Source: Gammaproteobacteria bacterium
GTDB lineage: Bacteria; Pseudomonadota; Gammaproteobacteria; Steroidobacterales; UBA11654
Direction of reading: 5' to 3'
NCBI GenBank assembly: GCA_002691465.1
Contig: NZHP01000034.1
Location: 8,096-72,095, forward strand
DNA: 64,000 bases
Made by a program: the position numbers and the translations under genes. The notes under the pieces are model-generated. The model made no database searches. It was not told where the DNA came from and saw only the letters and a program-made list of their open reading frames with translations. Of this stretch, positions 1-12,308 are shown one piece after another. The first letter of the stretch is position 1. Each line of letters opens with the position of its first letter.

Positions 1-512
1 GACAAATCATTTACCGGCCAGATCAAATAGGAACCAACAAAGCATTGGCAGCTCAAGAAACGCTAAACTCATTAAATCCTGAAACCAAAATCTCTGCCAT
101 TAGTGAAAGAATCATGGGAGATCGTCTAGAGAAAATAGTTAACGATAGTGATCTTGTGATAGATGCAACTGATAATCTTTCTTCCAGGCTTCAGATAAAT
201 GATGCATGTAGATCTACAAAAACGAAGCATGTAATTGGGACTGCAATAAGATTTGAGGGTCAAGTTATTGCGTTTGATCATGCGAAAGATGAAAGCCCAT
301 GCTTGAATTCTGTTTATAGTTTAATGGACGAGAGCCTCGAGGATTGTGACGGCGCAGGTGTTTTATCAACGGTAACAGGAACAATAGGGATGCTGATTGC
401 AAACAGTGCCTTGAAAGTAATTATGGGAAAAGAAAAATACAATGAGATGCTTGTTTTAGATCTCCAACATAATATATTTCAAAAAGTTTCAGTTAAAATG
501 CAAGATAATTGA
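1..512 (+). CDS. ThiF/MoeB-family (E1-like) adenylyltransferase, C-terminal part; 5' end lies off the window
   Basis: Frame 3 is open from the window edge to TGA 510-512. The translation (..QIIYRPDQIGTNKALAAQETLNSLNP.., DLVIDATDNLSSRLQINDAC, GAGVLSTVTGTIGMLIANSALKVIMG) fits the ThiF/MoeB fold. I cannot separate MoeB from ThiF by eye. Confidence 0.7.
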   Translation, partial: QIIYRPDQIGTNKALAAQETLNSLNPETKISAISERIMGDRLEKIVNDSDLVIDATDNLSSRLQINDACRSTKTKHVIGTAIRFEGQVIAFDHAKDESPCLNSVYSLMDESLEDCDGAGVLSTVTGTIGMLIANSALKVIMGKEKYNEMLVLDLQHNIFQKVSVKMQDN

Positions 513-574
513 TTTATAAGTATCTAAATGAGTCTAAATGTATCTAAAATGACTCTATCTGCTTCCATAATCAT

Positions 575-2011
575 TTATCGCTTAATTTGACGAATAATGA
601 GTTCATTCACCAACTTGGGGTTTGCCTTCCCTTTTGAGCGCTTCATAACCTGGCCAACCAAGAACCCCAAGACTTGCTCTTTTCCAGCTAAATATTGATC
701 TTTCTGTTCTGAAAACTCGTCCAATACTTCTGTGACAAATTGACTGATTGAATCCTCATCTGTTATTTGCTCCAGTCCCTGTTTCTCAATCATTTCATCT
801 GCTGTCTCGTCACTACTCAGCATTTGATTGAAAAGATCTTTAGCAATTGTAGATGAGATTGTATTGTCGTGTATTCTCGATAGAAGAGATGCCAATCTGC
901 TAGGCTCAATTTGAAAAGCATTGATTTCTATGCTTTCTCTATTCAGCACTGCAATGACCTCGGATAATATCCAGTTTGATATCAATTGAGCATCGTGGTT
1001 GAAGTTTTCAAGTATAGCCTCGAAATACTCTGCTACTTGCATATTCCTTGCAATTTCCTCAGCGTCATTTTCCTTGATCTTTAGTACTTCTGTATATCTT
1101 TTTACTTTTGCATCAAATAATTCTGGTAGGGATTTTCTTATCTCCTCAATGGTCTCATCATCAATTTCCAAGGGAAGGAGATCAGGGTCAGGAAAATAAC
1201 GGTAATCATTTGCTTCCTCTTTGCTTCTCATAGGACGTGTTTCATCCCTTTCTGGATCATAAAGACGAGTTTCTTGCGCAACCTCATCGCCGTCTTCTAG
1301 TCGATCAATTTGCCGCTCTACTTCATAGTTGATTGCATTTTCTACAAAACGGAAAGAGTTGATATTTTTAACCTCTGTTCTTGTACCTAATTCATTTTGT
1401 CCTGAGGGGCGAACTGAAACATTTGCGTCACATCTAAATGAGCCTTCCTGCATATTTCCATCTGATATTTTTAGATATCTAACAAGCTGATGAATCTTCT
1501 GCATATATGCTGATGCCTCTTCAGCTGACCTAATATCGGGTTCTGAAACAATTTCTAAGAGCGGAGTGCCTGCTCTGTTTAAGTCAATGGCTGTTTCGTT
1601 AGCAAACTTATCATGTATTGATTTTCCAGCATCTTCCTCAAGGTGTGCTCTGGTGATACCAACAACTTTTTTTGATCCATCATTCAACCGGATCTCCAGA
1701 GAACCAGTATGAACAATTGGCAATTCGTATTGGCTGATTTGATAGCCCTTTGGTAAATCGGGATAAAAATAATTTTTTCTTGCAAAGATTGATCTGCGAC
1801 TGATCTCCGCATCTACTGCAAGGCCAAACTTTATAGCCATCATGACTGCGTCTTTGTTTAAGACTGGGAGGACTCCTGGATAACCTAAATCTACAGGCGA
1901 TGTATTGGTGTTTTGTTCAGCGCCATATGTGGTTGACGCACCTGAAAAAATCTTGCTTTTCGTATCAAGCTGAACATGGATTTCAAGGCCGATTACTGTT
2001 TCCCAACTCAT
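575..2011 (-). CDS. gatB: Asp/Glu-tRNA(Asn/Gln) amidotransferase subunit B
   Basis: N-terminus [15 protein letters not shown], and a GatB/YqeY-like C-terminus. The start is placed at ATG 2011-2009, which overlaps the gatA TGA by 1 nt (TGATG). The track ORF extends to 2029. Confidence 0.95.
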   Translation of the reverse strand: MSWETVIGLEIHVQLDTKSKIFSGASTTYGAEQNTNTSPVDLGYPGVLPVLNKDAVMMAIKFGLAVDAEISRRSIFARKNYFYPDLPKGYQISQYELPIVHTGSLEIRLNDGSKKVVGITRAHLEEDAGKSIHDKFANETAIDLNRAGTPLLEIVSEPDIRSAEEASAYMQKIHQLVRYLKISDGNMQEGSFRCDANVSVRPSGQNELGTRTEVKNINSFRFVENAINYEVERQIDRLEDGDEVAQETRLYDPERDETRPMRSKEEANDYRYFPDPDLLPLEIDDETIEEIRKSLPELFDAKVKRYTEVLKIKENDAEEIARNMQVAEYFEAILENFNHDAQLISNWILSEVIAVLNRESIEINAFQIEPSRLASLLSRIHDNTISSTIAKDLFNQMLSSDETADEMIEKQGLEQITDEDSISQFVTEVLDEFSEQKDQYLAGKEQVLGFLVGQVMKRSKGKANPKLVNELIIRQIKR

Positions 2012-3450
2012 CAATCTATCTCTTTGCATATTTCAGGTGTTTGCAAATGCCAATCGGTTGCCATCTGATATTTATGTGCAATATTAAGCAACTCATGTTC
2101 TTTGAAATGCGGAGCGATAATTTGCAAGCCAAATGGAAGTCTATCAACAAAACCAATTGGATGAGAGATGGCAGGCACTCCTGATAAATTTGATGATATT
2201 GTGTAAATATCATTCATATACATGCTGACTGGATCATCAACCTTTTCGCCCAATTTGAATGCTGATTGCTGAGTAGTTGGTCCCATGATGAAATCAACTT
2301 CTTTAAAAGCATCTAGAAAATCTTGATTGATAAGCTGTCTGACCTTCTGTGCTTTAAGGTAGTATGCATCATAATAACCAGCAGAAAGAACATACGTGCC
2401 CGTAATTATTCTTCTTTTTACTTCCTGTCCAAATCCGTCTTTTCTGGTTTGCTTGTAAAAAGCATCTAGATCTTTGCCATCAGTTGATCGGTGCCCAAAT
2501 CGGACACCATCATATCTTGCAAGATTAGATGAGCATTCTGCAGGAGCAACGACATAATATGTTGGTACGGAGTATTTGATATTTGGCAAACTTATATCTT
2601 TAAATTTAACACCCATTTTTTCATATTCGCCAATGGAATCAGTTACAAGTTCTTGAAATCTTGAATCTAAATTCCCATCAAAAAATTCATTTGGCAAACC
2701 AACAACTTTTCCTGACAAATCATTGTTTAGGAAATCTGTATATTTAGGAACTGTTTCCTTAGAAGAAGTTGAATCCTTCTGATCATAGCCTGCCATATGC
2801 TCCAGAAAAATTGCTGAATCCTCTGCTGAAATCGACAGAATTCCAGCTTGGTCAAGACTTGAAGCAAATGCAATCATTCCAAATCTTGAACATCTTCCAT
2901 ATGTGGGTTTCAGGCCTGTGATTCCAGTCAAAGCTGCTGGTTGTCTGATGGACCCACCAGTATCTGTCCCAAGTGCAATCGGTGCCATCCCAGCAGCAAC
3001 TGCAGCTGCTGAGCCACCTGATGATCCACCTGGTGTTCTTTCTAGATCCCACGGATTATTTACATTCCCAAAAAAACTGGTTTCGTTAGATGAGCCCATT
3101 GCAAACTCGTCCATGTTTGTCTTACCCAGTATGACTGTACCCTTTTCCCTCAAGTTCTTAACTACAGTAGCGTCATATGGAGAAACAAAATTGGATAACA
3201 TTTTTGAACCACATGTTGTTTGATCGCCTTCACTACAAAAAATATCTTTCACAGCGTAAGGAACTCCACTTATTTCTGAATCAGCTTGTTTGTTACCGGA
3301 TGAATATTCATCACTTTCTATAGAGATAAAAGCATTGATTGAATCATTCATTGCTCTGATTCGATTGTTATAGAGTTTATAAATTTCTTGCGAGGAAGCT
3401 GAGTGATCTGCAATCATGCCTTGAAGTTCTTTTACTGTATGGCGTTTCAT
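2011..3450 (-). CDS. gatA: Asp/Glu-tRNA(Asn/Gln) amidotransferase subunit A
   Basis: 479 aa with the amidase signature [14 protein letters not shown]. It sits between gatC and gatB with 1-nt stop/start overlaps. Confidence 0.95.
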   Translation of the reverse strand: MKRHTVKELQGMIADHSASSQEIYKLYNNRIRAMNDSINAFISIESDEYSSGNKQADSEISGVPYAVKDIFCSEGDQTTCGSKMLSNFVSPYDATVVKNLREKGTVILGKTNMDEFAMGSSNETSFFGNVNNPWDLERTPGGSSGGSAAAVAAGMAPIALGTDTGGSIRQPAALTGITGLKPTYGRCSRFGMIAFASSLDQAGILSISAEDSAIFLEHMAGYDQKDSTSSKETVPKYTDFLNNDLSGKVVGLPNEFFDGNLDSRFQELVTDSIGEYEKMGVKFKDISLPNIKYSVPTYYVVAPAECSSNLARYDGVRFGHRSTDGKDLDAFYKQTRKDGFGQEVKRRIITGTYVLSAGYYDAYYLKAQKVRQLINQDFLDAFKEVDFIMGPTTQQSAFKLGEKVDDPVSMYMNDIYTISSNLSGVPAISHPIGFVDRLPFGLQIIAPHFKEHELLNIAHKYQMATDWHLQTPEICKEID

Positions 3451-3737
3451 CAGTCGATCACTTTGGGGACTTTATAAAAACCATCTTCAGCGAAGTCAGT
3501 ATTCTTCTGATATTTTTCTCTGTCATTAAACTCTGTGACTTCGTCAACTCTTAGTCTCTGGGTCATTTTTAATGGATGAGCCATTGGCTCAATATCACCT
3601 GTATCGACCTCCTCAAGCTCTTCTATCATGTCAAGAATAGACTGCATTTGACTCAAAAATACAGATTGCTCCTCATCATCCAAATTTAGTTTTGAGAGGT
3701 TGCACAAGTATTCTATATCTGATTTATCGATGCTCAT
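3450..3737 (-). CDS. gatC: Asp/Glu-tRNA(Asn/Gln) amidotransferase subunit C
   Basis: 95-aa acidic protein at the head of the gatCAB operon. Its stop overlaps the gatA start. Confidence 0.9.
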   Translation of the reverse strand: MSIDKSDIEYLCNLSKLNLDDEEQSVFLSQMQSILDMIEELEEVDTGDIEPMAHPLKMTQRLRVDEVTEFNDREKYQKNTDFAEDGFYKVPKVID

Positions 3738-3777
3738 GATAATTGGCTAAAAATATATTACTAATAATAACTTCCTG

Positions 3778-3806
3778 TTGCTCAAAATCCTACAGGTTGT
3801 TAGAGT
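3778..3806 (+). promoter_or_regulatory. Candidate sigma70 promoter for mreB (TTGCTC-17 nt-TAGAGT)
   Basis: Hexamers at 3778-3783 and 3801-3806 with a 17-nt spacer, about 35 nt upstream of the mreB ATG in the gatC/mreB divergent region. Pattern match only, in AT-rich DNA. Confidence 0.25.
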
Positions 3807-3837
3807 ATGTGTCTTGTCTGATTTATTTTTCAATTAA

Positions 3838-4884
<1,047 letters not shown>

Positions 4885-4904
4885 GTCATACGATACGGGC
4901 TACC

Positions 4905-5756
4905 ATGGCAATCAATCCCGGTCAAAGAATCAATCGTTATGAAAAAAATTACTCGTCCTATCGATTGATTTTTGTAATCATCGTTTCATCTATACTGATG
5001 TATCAAGACACTCAAGACGGATACAGTAAAACTCTTCGGACATATCTATCAGTATTCGCATACCCTATAACTTATGTCGCTAATCTACCTAAAAATACCT
5101 TTCAAGGATTGAGTCTAAGGCTCTCAGAAAGAGCTTCGATCATTAATGAGAATAAGAAACTGAAAGAGGAAAATATTCTACTCAAATCTCAATTGCAGGA
5201 AGTTTATAAGCTGGATGCAGAAAATAAAAGACTTTATGAGCTTTTAGGCTCTTACCCAGACAGACAAAGGAATTTCCTATTTGCTGATATCATTGCAACA
5301 AGCCCATCGCCTGACAAGCGTCAAATCACAATAAATAAAGGCAGCATTGATGGAGTCAATATTGGTGATGCTATTGCTGATCCATATGGAATTATAGGGC
5401 ATGTAATTAGAGATCAAGTTTTTTCATCAGAAATATTGCTTATTGCAGATCTTGAGCATGCAATTCCAATTGAAATTACGAGCACTGGAGAAAGAGCAAT
5501 AGCCTATGGAACAGGAGATATGAATCGTTTGGAGATCAGATCATTGCCGCCAAATTCAAAAGCAAAAAAAGGCAATGCAGTTATTACTTCAGGCCTGGGT
5601 GGAAGATATCCAGAGGGATTCCCGGTAGGAGAGATATCAAGAGTTGAAAGGATAGAAGGAGAGAATTTATTGGCTATTGAGCTCTCGCCATTTGCAAACC
5701 TAGAAGTCATTAATGAAATATGGGTCATTCAAACTGAGGTCTCTGGGGATGAGTAG
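4905..5756 (+). CDS. mreC: Rod-shape-determining protein MreC
   Basis: N-terminal TM segment, coiled coil (LKEENILLKSQLQEVYKLDAENKRL) and a C-terminal beta-rich domain. Located between mreB and mreD. Confidence 0.85.
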   Translation: MAINPGQRINRYEKNYSSYRLIFVIIVSSILMYQDTQDGYSKTLRTYLSVFAYPITYVANLPKNTFQGLSLRLSERASIINENKKLKEENILLKSQLQEVYKLDAENKRLYELLGSYPDRQRNFLFADIIATSPSPDKRQITINKGSIDGVNIGDAIADPYGIIGHVIRDQVFSSEILLIADLEHAIPIEITSTGERAIAYGTGDMNRLEIRSLPPNSKAKKGNAVITSGLGGRYPEGFPVGEISRVERIEGENLLAIELSPFANLEVINEIWVIQTEVSGDE

Positions 5757-6234
5757 GAAAATTAATAATTTGATTTTTGTCTGGTTCATCATGCTTCTAA
5801 CAACCATGATGACAATAATGCCTTTACCAGAATTTTTCTATGGAATCAGAATTGAATGGGTTGCGCTTGCTGTCATTTTTTTCTCAATAATGAACGTTTC
5901 CTTAATGGGGGTGATTGCTGCCTCATCGATTGGCCTTTTATTAGATCTTCTTCAAGGAGGTTTACTGGGGGAAAATGCATTAATTCTATCTGTGATCAGT
6001 TACTTATCATATCGATTCAGATTTCAGATCAGAGTTTACCCTGATTGGCAGATTATGGTTGTAACGCTCTTTTTGCTTTCTTTTGGAAATCTAATATCTC
6101 TTTGGATTAGGGGATTCAGTGGCCAGGTGCTCTTTGTCACTGAAGAATGGTTCAGCATCATCATTGCGGCTTTGATTTGGCCGATCTTCATGAGAATGCT
6201 TCAAACACTCCAAAATTACTTTGTTGAAGAATGA
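5749..6234 (+). CDS. mreD: Rod-shape-determining protein MreD
   Basis: Small polytopic membrane protein. ATG 5749 (MSRKINN..) overlaps the mreC stop by 8 nt, and its stop overlaps the mrdA ATG (ATGA). The track ORF starts at 5713. Confidence 0.8.
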   Translation: MSRKINNLIFVWFIMLLTTMMTIMPLPEFFYGIRIEWVALAVIFFSIMNVSLMGVIAASSIGLLLDLLQGGLLGENALILSVISYLSYRFRFQIRVYPDWQIMVVTLFLLSFGNLISLWIRGFSGQVLFVTEEWFSIIIAALIWPIFMRMLQTLQNYFVEE

Positions 6235-8096
6235 TAGATAATTTCAAAACCAAACAAACACAAGAAGCAGAACGATCGGTCTTTTTAAATCGGATTATAT
6301 TTTCTTCCTTTGCAATACTTTTATTAGGAGGCCTAATCATTTCAAGACTAATCTATCTCATGGTTATTGAGTCAGATGCGCTCAGCTTGAGATCAGTGAA
6401 CAATACCCTAAGGACCCAATCTATTCCAGCTCCAAGAGGACTAATTTTTGATAGAAACAATGAAGTAATTGCAGAAAATAAACCTAAATTTCAATTAGAA
6501 ATGATTCCTGAACAAGTAAACCAATTAGATAATTCACTCTTATCTCTCACAGATTTAGGCATCCTCAGTAAGGATGAAATAATAACTATCGAGGAAAGGG
6601 TCCGTAAAAATTATCAATTTAAAAGCATTGTGGTCAAAAGAAATTTGAATGAGAGGGAGATAGCAATATTAGCTAATAATAGAATGTTGCTTAAAGGATT
6701 TGATATTAAGTCAAGACTCACGCGAAATTATCCTCAAAATGAAATTTATGCCCATGTTGTTGGCTACATGGGCTCTATCTCAAAGAGTGATTATGAGAGA
6801 TTTGATCCCAGTTTTTATACAGGCAAAGAACAAATTGGCAAATCAGCTATTGAAAGAGAGTATGAGCACATTTTAAGAGGCGCTCCTGGTAAGCGAAAAC
6901 TCTTGGTTAATGTTAGGGGCCGAGTAATGGATGAAATTGAAAAAGATGCGTTCTCAACAGGCAATGACATCATATTGACTCTAAATAGCGAATTGCAAAG
7001 AACCGCTTATGAATCAATGTCAGGTAAAAAAGGTTCAGTTGTGGCACTGGACCCAAGAAATGGAGAAATCCTTGCTATGATCAGCGTTCCATCTTTTGAT
7101 CCAACAGCTATAAGCCTAGGTCTCACACAAGCTGAATTTGATAAATTAAACAGCGATAAAAAAAGGCCTCTATTCAATAGGGCGATAGCAGGACAATATC
7201 CGCCTGGATCTACTGTCAAACCAATGCTTGCACTTGGTGCACTTGATATGGGCATTGTTGATTCAGAATACTATCACACATGTGAAGGTGAGTTTAGGCT
7301 CCCAAATTATTCCAGACCCTTTGGTGATTGGTCAACACATGGTTCTGTAAATACGAAAAGGGCAATTCAAGCTTCCTGTGATGTTTACTTTTATGAATCT
7401 GCGGTTGAAATGGGAATTGAAAGAATGAGTGCTTTCTTGAAAAAATTTAATCTCGGCAAAGAAACAGAAATAGATTTGGCCTCAGAAAAAAATGGCGTTG
7501 TTCCAAATAAAGAGTGGAAGAAAAATAATTTTAAATCAAAACAGAACCAAAACTGGTATCTAGGTGAAACAGTGATTGCGGGGATAGGGCAGGGATATAT
7601 GCTTGCAACACCACTCCAATTGGCATATGCAACGTCAATTATTGCCAATAAAGGTTATGCCTATAAACCTCATATTTTGAAGCAAATATATTTGAATGAT
7701 ACTGGCGAGATTCTAACAAATGAAGCTGAAAGAACTGATCACCTCATGGAGATTGATCAGCAATATTGGGACATCGTATTCGATGGAATGAATGCTGTTG
7801 TCAATGAGCAAAGAGGCACGGCATATGGTGTCTTTCCTGAAAATTCAAATATTGCTGGAAAGACTGGTACTTCACAGGTATTCAGTATGGATAAAAGATC
7901 TGGAGACGATGTCCCTGAAGAGCTGAGAGATCATGGACTCTTTATTGGATTTGCGCCCATAAATAATCCAGAAATTGTGATTGCTGTGATTGTTGAAAAT
8001 GGTGGTGGTGGCCGAGTGGCTGCTGCGCCAGTTGCTGAGAGAATGTTTAGTAAATTCTTAGAAATTGGAGGAAGAGAAGTTGATCAATCCAATTGA
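6231..8096 (+). CDS. mrdA: Penicillin-binding protein 2 (elongasome transpeptidase)
   Basis: 621 aa with an N-terminal TM anchor and motifs S-T-V-K (GSTVKP), SCD and KTGT (GKTGTSQV). Followed by rodA. Confidence 0.92.
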   Translation: MIDNFKTKQTQEAERSVFLNRIIFSSFAILLLGGLIISRLIYLMVIESDALSLRSVNNTLRTQSIPAPRGLIFDRNNEVIAENKPKFQLEMIPEQVNQLDNSLLSLTDLGILSKDEIITIEERVRKNYQFKSIVVKRNLNEREIAILANNRMLLKGFDIKSRLTRNYPQNEIYAHVVGYMGSISKSDYERFDPSFYTGKEQIGKSAIEREYEHILRGAPGKRKLLVNVRGRVMDEIEKDAFSTGNDIILTLNSELQRTAYESMSGKKGSVVALDPRNGEILAMISVPSFDPTAISLGLTQAEFDKLNSDKKRPLFNRAIAGQYPPGSTVKPMLALGALDMGIVDSEYYHTCEGEFRLPNYSRPFGDWSTHGSVNTKRAIQASCDVYFYESAVEMGIERMSAFLKKFNLGKETEIDLASEKNGVVPNKEWKKNNFKSKQNQNWYLGETVIAGIGQGYMLATPLQLAYATSIIANKGYAYKPHILKQIYLNDTGEILTNEAERTDHLMEIDQQYWDIVFDGMNAVVNEQRGTAYGVFPENSNIAGKTGTSQVFSMDKRSGDDVPEELRDHGLFIGFAPINNPEIVIAVIVENGGGGRVAAAPVAERMFSKFLEIGGREVDQSN

Positions 8097-9198
8097 TACA
8101 TGGCAAATCCAATCCAAAGAGGGCTTAATGCATCAATTACATATAGACATGCCATTGATGATAGCAGTCCTCCTAGCCAGCGGTGTCAGTGCCATCGCAA
8201 TATTTTCAGCATCCAACAGCAGCGAAAACTTTTTAATGTCTCACTTGGTAAGTATCGGCCTATCAATTCTAGCTATGATTGTAGCTGCACAATTTAGCCC
8301 TTTATTTTATTCAAGAATATCTCCCTGGCTATATGCAGTCTGTTTAATTCTTCTGATAGCAGTCTTTTTCTATGGGGAAACAAGAAATAATGCTACTAGG
8401 TGGATAGACATAGGAATCTCCTTTCAGCCCTCAGAGCTTCTCAAGATTGCTATGCCTTTGATTGTTGCAAGGTATATTGCATCTGGGTCAATTCCATTAA
8501 ATAATATAAATATTGTGGCATCTTTGATTCTTGTGCTTCTCCCTACAGCACTAATCTTCAAACAACCTGATCTTGGAACATCTGTTCTAATTGCTTTTTC
8601 CGGGTTAGTCATCATTTTCCTTTCGGGAATCAAAAAGCGTTATCTTTTTTCAGCAATTACTCTTTTCTTAGGGTGCCTTCCATTCATTTGGAAAACAATT
8701 CATCCCTTTCAGCAGCAAAGAGTTCTAACTTTTCTTGATCCAGAAAGTGATCCTCTCGGTGCTGGATACCACATCATTCAATCAAAAATTGCAATTGGGT
8801 CAGGAGGCTTGTTTGGCAAAGGTTGGCTGAATGGAACCCAGGGCCAATTAGATTTTCTACCCGAAAGAACAACGGATTTTATTTTCTCAATATTGGCCGA
8901 AGAATTTGGACTAATTGGTGTTCTATTCATCATATCAATTTACCTTTTTATAGTAGGAAGAGGCCTTTTGATTGCTATAAATTCTGATGACCTTTTTTCA
9001 AGGTTGGCTGCATCAAGTATCAGTCTAACGTTTTTTATTTATGTCTTTGTCAATATAGGGATGACTTCTGGACTACTTCCAGTTGTTGGAGTACCGCTTC
9101 CGTTGATAAGCAAAGGTGGCACATCAAGTCTTACACTAATGGCAAGCCTTGGCATACTTATGTCATTGCATACACATAAGAGATTGATACCAAAATAA
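8080..9198 (+). CDS. rodA: SEDS-family peptidoglycan glycosyltransferase RodA
   Basis: Polytopic SEDS protein. LHIDMPLMIAVLLASGVSAIAIFSAS resembles the E. coli RodA N-terminus as recalled. The start is ambiguous: TTG 8065, TTG 8080 (GGAGGA lies 7 nt upstream) or ATG 8128. Confidence 0.9.
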   Translation: MINPIDTWQIQSKEGLMHQLHIDMPLMIAVLLASGVSAIAIFSASNSSENFLMSHLVSIGLSILAMIVAAQFSPLFYSRISPWLYAVCLILLIAVFFYGETRNNATRWIDIGISFQPSELLKIAMPLIVARYIASGSIPLNNINIVASLILVLLPTALIFKQPDLGTSVLIAFSGLVIIFLSGIKKRYLFSAITLFLGCLPFIWKTIHPFQQQRVLTFLDPESDPLGAGYHIIQSKIAIGSGGLFGKGWLNGTQGQLDFLPERTTDFIFSILAEEFGLIGVLFIISIYLFIVGRGLLIAINSDDLFSRLAASSISLTFFIYVFVNIGMTSGLLPVVGVPLPLISKGGTSSLTLMASLGILMSLHTHKRLIPK

Positions 9199-9206
9199 GG
9201 ATTAAA

Positions 9207-10190
9207 ATGATTCATAAAATAAAACTTTTCATCATTATTTCAGTCTTTGCCATTAGTTTTCATTCTGCACAAGCTACTAATGATCAAGAAACAGAAAGGA
9301 GCCTTCTCATTGATGAATTAATTCAGGAACATGGTTTTGACGAACAATATGTTCTAAATATTTTCGATAATATGAAGTTTTTACCCGAATTGATTGAATC
9401 GATTTCAAGACCAGCTGAAAGAACAAAAACTTGGCCAGAATATAAAAAGATCTTTGTGACAAATAAAAGAATCGCTGCAGGGGTCCTTTTTGCAAGACAA
9501 CATGAAGAAATCATTGATCGTGCTGCAAACGAGATGGGTATACCAAAAAAGATTTTGCTAGGAATATTAGGCGTTGAAACTTACTTCGGAAGAATTCAGG
9601 GAAATTATAAAGTTGTAGATTCACTCTATACGCTTGCAACTGGATATCCACCTAGATCAAAATTTTTCAGAAGTGAATTGATTAACCTTTTCTATCTGTG
9701 CAGAGAAGAAGGCTTCTCGATTCTGGACATCAAGGGTTCATACGCGGGCGCAATGGGTGCGCCTCAATTCATTTCTTCCAGCTACAGAAATTATGCTGTC
9801 GATGGAAATTCGGATGGCAAAATTGATCTTTTCAATAGCTGGGATGATGTGCTCATGAGCATTGGAAATTATCTAAATAAGAATGGATGGGATACATCGG
9901 GATCAATATATAGTCGGTATCCAATAGATGAGCTCAAAACCTCAAATCTAGCATCAAAAACAATAAAACCAATGTCAACAATTCAGGACCTGATCGATGA
10001 AGGGATTAAAATTGATGGTTTTGAGAAAGATGCCATAGCACAAGTGATTCAATTAGATGGACTTGGCGTCAAGGATGATTCTTATATTGGGCATCACAAT
10101 TTTTATGTTATAACGACTTATAATCGAAATGTAATGTATGCATTGGTTGTGATTCAACTAGGAGAGGCAATTGATAGTTATTTGGATTAA
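9207..10190 (+). CDS. mltB: Lytic murein transglycosylase B family (SltB1/MltB-like)
   Basis: Signal peptide, GVETYFG catalytic-Glu context and GAMGAPQFISSSYRNYAVDGNSDGKIDLFNSWDD, all typical of MltB. Confidence 0.85.
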   Translation: MIHKIKLFIIISVFAISFHSAQATNDQETERSLLIDELIQEHGFDEQYVLNIFDNMKFLPELIESISRPAERTKTWPEYKKIFVTNKRIAAGVLFARQHEEIIDRAANEMGIPKKILLGILGVETYFGRIQGNYKVVDSLYTLATGYPPRSKFFRSELINLFYLCREEGFSILDIKGSYAGAMGAPQFISSSYRNYAVDGNSDGKIDLFNSWDDVLMSIGNYLNKNGWDTSGSIYSRYPIDELKTSNLASKTIKPMSTIQDLIDEGIKIDGFEKDAIAQVIQLDGLGVKDDSYIGHHNFYVITTYNRNVMYALVVIQLGEAIDSYLD

Positions 10191-10199
10191 TTTACACTC

Positions 10200-11006
10200 A
10201 TGAACAAAATACTTTTCTTCTTATTCTCTTTTATCCTGATAATGTCAGGATGCTCTTTGGGACAGCAAAATAATAACTTCAACCTCACAGAGAGAGAAGT
10301 CATCTCAATCTTAAACGATGGGTGCACAATTAAACGCGATAAAAGACAGCGATATAGAATTGATGGAAAAAGATATAGAACACTCTCTTCCAGTCGCGGT
10401 TACAAAAAAAGAGGCATTGCATCATGGTATGGCACAGACTTTGATGGAAAACAGACTGCGTGTGGAGAAGAGTATGACATGTATGATTTCACAGCTGCTC
10501 ATAAGACACTTCCACTGCCTTCTTATCTAAAGGTCCAAAATCTTAGAAATGGAAAAACAGTTATTGTAAAAGTGAATGATAGGGGCCCATTTGTTGATGA
10601 TCGTCTGATCGATCTATCTTATGCAGCAGCAAAAAAAATTGACATGTTAGATAGTGGCACATCACCAGTGAGAATCTACACTGTAAGCGAAGCTGAGGCT
10701 GCAAACTATTTCAAAAACAACGAAAAATCTATCTTCTCATTTAGTCTATTTGAAAAAATAGTCAATAGAGATAAGAGGAATATTACTCTTCAGGTAGGGG
10801 CATTCAGCAATTCAGATGGTGCAAACACACTTAAAGAAAGAATTGAGAGACTGGGTGTAAAGGATGTTTTCATCACAAAAGCTCGTTCGAAAAGAAAAAT
10901 ATTTTATAGGGTGAGGGTTGGTCCGGTAAAAACACCTAGAGAATACGAAGATGCCATTAGGAAATTGAGTTCTTTATCACTTGATATCAATCTTATATCA
11001 GACTGA
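10200..11006 (+). CDS. rlpA: Septal ring lytic transglycosylase RlpA (DPBB + SPOR domains), lipoprotein
   Basis: Lipobox LIMSGC, a DPBB core (GIASWYGTDFDGKQTACGEEYDM..VNDRGPF) and a C-terminal SPOR-like segment (LQVGAFSNSDGANTLKERI). Confidence 0.88.
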   Translation: MNKILFFLFSFILIMSGCSLGQQNNNFNLTEREVISILNDGCTIKRDKRQRYRIDGKRYRTLSSSRGYKKRGIASWYGTDFDGKQTACGEEYDMYDFTAAHKTLPLPSYLKVQNLRNGKTVIVKVNDRGPFVDDRLIDLSYAAAKKIDMLDSGTSPVRIYTVSEAEAANYFKNNEKSIFSFSLFEKIVNRDKRNITLQVGAFSNSDGANTLKERIERLGVKDVFITKARSKRKIFYRVRVGPVKTPREYEDAIRKLSSLSLDINLISD

Positions 11007-11093
11007 AAACCCTTCCCTACATACCTAAAGGACTAGTTTTATGTTATTGTTGAAAAAAAATTGAGGAGTTTTGGCTCTGATATATCTATACCC

Positions 11094-12266
11094 ATGAAAA
11101 CGTCTTTTAAAATACTAAACTTTATAATTGTGATTCTGTTTGCACCGATTGCTAACTCCATTGTAATCGTACCAAAACCACCTCAGGTAAAGGTTGAGAG
11201 CTATGTTCTTTATAATCCCAATACTGGAACAATTATTGCCAGTGAAGAAGAGACGAATCAAATCAAACCAGCAAGTATCACAAAACTCATGACTGCTTAC
11301 TCCGTTTTCCATGCCATAAAGGAAGGACAAATAGCAATGGATGATCCAGTAAGAGTTAGCAGAAATGCGATGAATGCTGCCGTAGGGGGTTCATCAATGT
11401 TCATAGATCAATATATGGATGTCAAAGTCGAAGATCTTGTTCAGGGTATGATTATAGTCTCAGGAAATGATGCCAGCGTAGCTCTAGCAGAACACGTTGC
11501 TGGAAATGAAGAAACTTTTGCCATTTATATGAATATGTATGCAGAATCGCTTGGCATGAAGAATACAAATTTTACTAATTCACATGGCCTAGAAGACGAG
11601 GAACATTATTCATCTGCTCTTGATATTGCCTTGCTTGCAGGGAGAATCATTGATGAGTTTCCAGAACATTTTCATTATTACTCACAAAGAACCTATGAGT
11701 TTGATCAAGCAAAGGATATGAAAACTGGTAAGCCCATTCTTCAATACAACAGAAATAAACTTTTGAGAAGAGACTTATCTGTTGATGGAATGAAAACAGG
11801 CTATACAAGATCAGCAGGCTACTGCCTCGTCGCGACAGCACGAAGAGACGGTACTCGACTGATAGCAGTTGTGACTGGAGCAAAATCTGATGATGAAAGG
11901 AACAATGCTGCAAGTGCTCTACTGAATTATGGTTTTCGCTTTTTTGAAGAAAAAATGATAATCGAGCCTGGAAAAGATTATGGCCAAGCACAAGTCTGGA
12001 AAGGAAATGCAGACTTTGTTCAAATGGTGGCAAGAGATCAAATCGAACTTACCATAGCAAAAGGGATGTTTGATGAAATAGAATCATCAGTTGAAATCTT
12101 TGAACCGGTGATAGCCCCAACTCCAATTGATCAACCCATTGGAAAACTCACCATGAAGCTACAAGGCAAGGTTATTGCTGAAAGTAAGCTATACCCAAAG
12201 AAAAAAGTAGATGAAGACAGCCTTTGGGGATGGTTATATGATTCTGGATTGCTTCTTTTTGAATAA
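11094..12266 (+). CDS. dacA: D-alanyl-D-alanine carboxypeptidase, PBP5/6 family (S11)
   Basis: Signal peptide and motifs SITK, SGN (VSGNDA) and KTG (MKTGYT). ATG 11094 is preferred over the TTG at 11061. Confidence 0.88.
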   Translation: MKTSFKILNFIIVILFAPIANSIVIVPKPPQVKVESYVLYNPNTGTIIASEEETNQIKPASITKLMTAYSVFHAIKEGQIAMDDPVRVSRNAMNAAVGGSSMFIDQYMDVKVEDLVQGMIIVSGNDASVALAEHVAGNEETFAIYMNMYAESLGMKNTNFTNSHGLEDEEHYSSALDIALLAGRIIDEFPEHFHYYSQRTYEFDQAKDMKTGKPILQYNRNKLLRRDLSVDGMKTGYTRSAGYCLVATARRDGTRLIAVVTGAKSDDERNNAASALLNYGFRFFEEKMIIEPGKDYGQAQVWKGNADFVQMVARDQIELTIAKGMFDEIESSVEIFEPVIAPTPIDQPIGKLTMKLQGKVIAESKLYPKKKVDEDSLWGWLYDSGLLLFE

Positions 12267-12308
12267 TTTAAAACTCTGACTAAGAAAAGAAAAATTATCC
12301 TCAAAGAT

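Noticed and set aside
999-1199. Many 60-160-aa ORFs in the track lying antisense to, or out of frame within, conserved genes (for example 999-1199, 2903-3223, 4455-4748, 11647-12033, 22156-22524, 29475-29864, 33194-33607, 44382-44627, 47349-47627)
   Set aside because: Each is fully contained in a longer ORF with clear family motifs. Their compositions are low-complexity or Ser/Leu/Ile-rich, typical of shadow frames in AT-rich DNA. None occupies an intergenic gap.
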